Source: Mobula hypostoma (taxonomy: Eukaryota). From it: 64,000 bases of DNA. The notes under the pieces were generated by a model. That model was given only the letters and a program-made list of their open reading frames with translations. It did no database searches and was not told the origin of the DNA. Below, piece after piece: positions 62,275-64,000 of the stretch; position 1 is the stretch's first letter, and each line of letters opens with the position of its first letter. The stretch is from the NCBI RefSeq assembly GCF_963921235.1, contig NC_086120.1, positions 8,618,001-8,682,000 of the forward strand, written 5' to 3'. The translations under genes and the position numbers were made by a program.

Positions 62275-64000
62275 CTTACATGACCGAGGTGGGGCCCATC
62301 ACCAACAGTGCTGAGGCAGCCTACAGAGAGGAATTGGAAGAGGTCGAGACTGTTGCTTGGTGAATAACCTCTTCTGAAATGTCAGCAAGACAAAGAAGAT
62401 GATCAATTTCAGCAGAACTCGTACATCTCATTGACACTGGTGGCACAGCAGTGGAAACTGCAAGCAGTTTCAAACTCCTGGGAGACCACATCAAACACTT
62501 GGTCCAAGAACACATCCTACGCAGTCACAACCCTCATAAACACCTCTACTTTCTGAAGAGGCAATTGAGAGCTGGACTTTGCACATCCATACTCACGTCA
62601 TCCAGCATACCCACCATCAATGACATATACACAGAAAGGTGCCAGAAAAGGGCCAGTAATATCATAAATGATCCCAGCCACCCTCCCCATGGACAGTTTG
62701 TCCCGCTCCCATTAGGGAGGAGCTACATGACATCCATACCAACACCACCAGACTCAAAAGCAGTCACTTTCTCCAAGCAGGAAGATGGATCTGTCATAAG
62801 GAGGTGGCTGGGAATGGACCCAAGTGCAAGACACAGACACTGAAGTACTAGGGACAGGAGTAGGATACAGGGCGATGGCAAGGACATGGACAGGAAAACC
62901 AGGAACCTGGAACAGGACTGGACAAGAGAGCTAGAAGCCCAGGCTTGGAGTCCGAGCCAGAGACTGGACAAGGACCCAGTACCTGGGTCTTGTCTCTGGC
63001 TCGGACCCCAGAACTAGGCAAGGGCGGGGCTTGGCAGGCAGGCAGGACGAGGCTGGAGTCTTCAGGCTTGAGGCTAGTGTCTAGAGACTTGAGGCGAGGC
63101 TTGGCAGGAGGCAGGAGGCTGGAGTCTTCAAACTTGAGGCTAGAGGCTAGAGACGAGGCAAGGCTTGGCAGGAGGCAGGAGGCTGGAGTCTTCAGGCTTG
63201 AGGCTAGGCAGGAGGCTGGAGTCTTCAGGCTTAAGGCTAGGCAGGAGGCTGGAGTCTTCAGGCTTGAGGCTAGGCAGGCTCCTCCTGGGCAGAGTGCGGT
63301 TCACCTGGGCAGGGCGCAGATCACCACCCGACAGAGGCAAAGGACAGGAAGGGACAGAACCAACCGCAGGTAACGGCAAGACGGTCTGGCTTAACTGGGT
63401 GGTGGCAAGGGACAGGAAGGGAGCTAGGTACAGGGTGGCTCCAGGACAAGACTGCAGGCGAGATGAGGCGAGAGTTACCAGCAAGACAAGGCAAGGCTTC
63501 AGGCAATGCAAGGCGAGACGAGAACTTCAGGTGAGGCAAGAGTTACTGGCAAGACAAGGCAAGGCTTCTGGCAAACCAAGGCGAGACGAGAACTTCAGGT
63601 GAGGCGAGAGTTACCAGCAAGACAAGGCCGGGCTTCAGGCAAGGAAACAGAAGGCAGAGGAAGGGATACAAGGAGTAAGGACAAGAACAATCCAGCAGCC
63701 ACGCACTGGTCTTTGAAGGTATTTATGCAGCCTGCCCAAACGAGCATCAGCTGCCTCAATTAAAGCTCAACAAGAATAGAAACAGGGTAGACAGTAAAAC
63801 CTGGAGCAAGGGTCAATGGACCGGACCGTGAACCGGAATACGGACTTCACGGACCGGACCATGACAGGATCAACCCCTCTATCCACTGAATCAACCACTA
63901 CTTTATTATTTCTTGTCAGTCACCTTATGTACAGCCTGGTATCACTTTATTGACAGACAATCAATCAATCAATGTATATAAGCTATCTTACGTATTTATA
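62275..64000 (+). mobile_element. Rex1/Babar LINE 3' fragment interrupted by a solo LTR
   Basis: KHLYFLKR..LRAGLC..YTERCQKRASNII.DP.HP motifs; the 3' tail resumes after 63871. Confidence 0.8.
62792..63866 (-). mobile_element. Solo LTR (1075 bp) of the 9511/10771 family
   Basis: TGTCA...TGACA ends; perfect 5-bp TSD GGATC (62787-62791, 63867-63871); reverse complement of the LTR ends at 10.8 and 12.3 kb. Confidence 0.92.

Overview
Repeat-dense vertebrate genomic DNA, most likely from a cartilaginous fish (inferred from CR1/Penelope/Rex1-dominated repeats and a compact Ig cluster). The only host gene I can support is an unrearranged sigma-type immunoglobulin light-chain cluster on the + strand at 51.0-53.9 kb: octamer promoter, leader exon, V with a 12-bp-spacer RSS, a 23-bp-spacer RSS with J, then the C exon. 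The cluster carries two lesions. One is a +1 A in a homopolymer in V framework 3 (possibly an assembly error). The other is an inferred 10-nt deletion at the start of C, which a cryptic acceptor 8 nt downstream could bypass. The rest is mostly nested mobile DNA: many CR1 copies of several ages, a near-complete RTE, L1, Nimb/I, Tx1, Rex1/Babar, Penelope-like elements with hammerhead-like motifs, hAT/Buster remnants, and at least four LTR families. The LTR families include a CsRn1-clade Gypsy with an intact -1 frameshift signal and apparently chimeric ends, a mini LTR element with a 192-bp interior, and a deleted PNMA-type Gypsy. A degenerate collinear block at about 1.3-5.9 kb recurs at about 58.6-62.3 kb, suggesting an old segmental duplication with ~57-kb offset and a paralogous IgL cluster just upstream of the window. 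All family calls and identity estimates are by eye; no database search was run. I found no clearly new biological system, and the Ig cluster architecture is the most interesting part.
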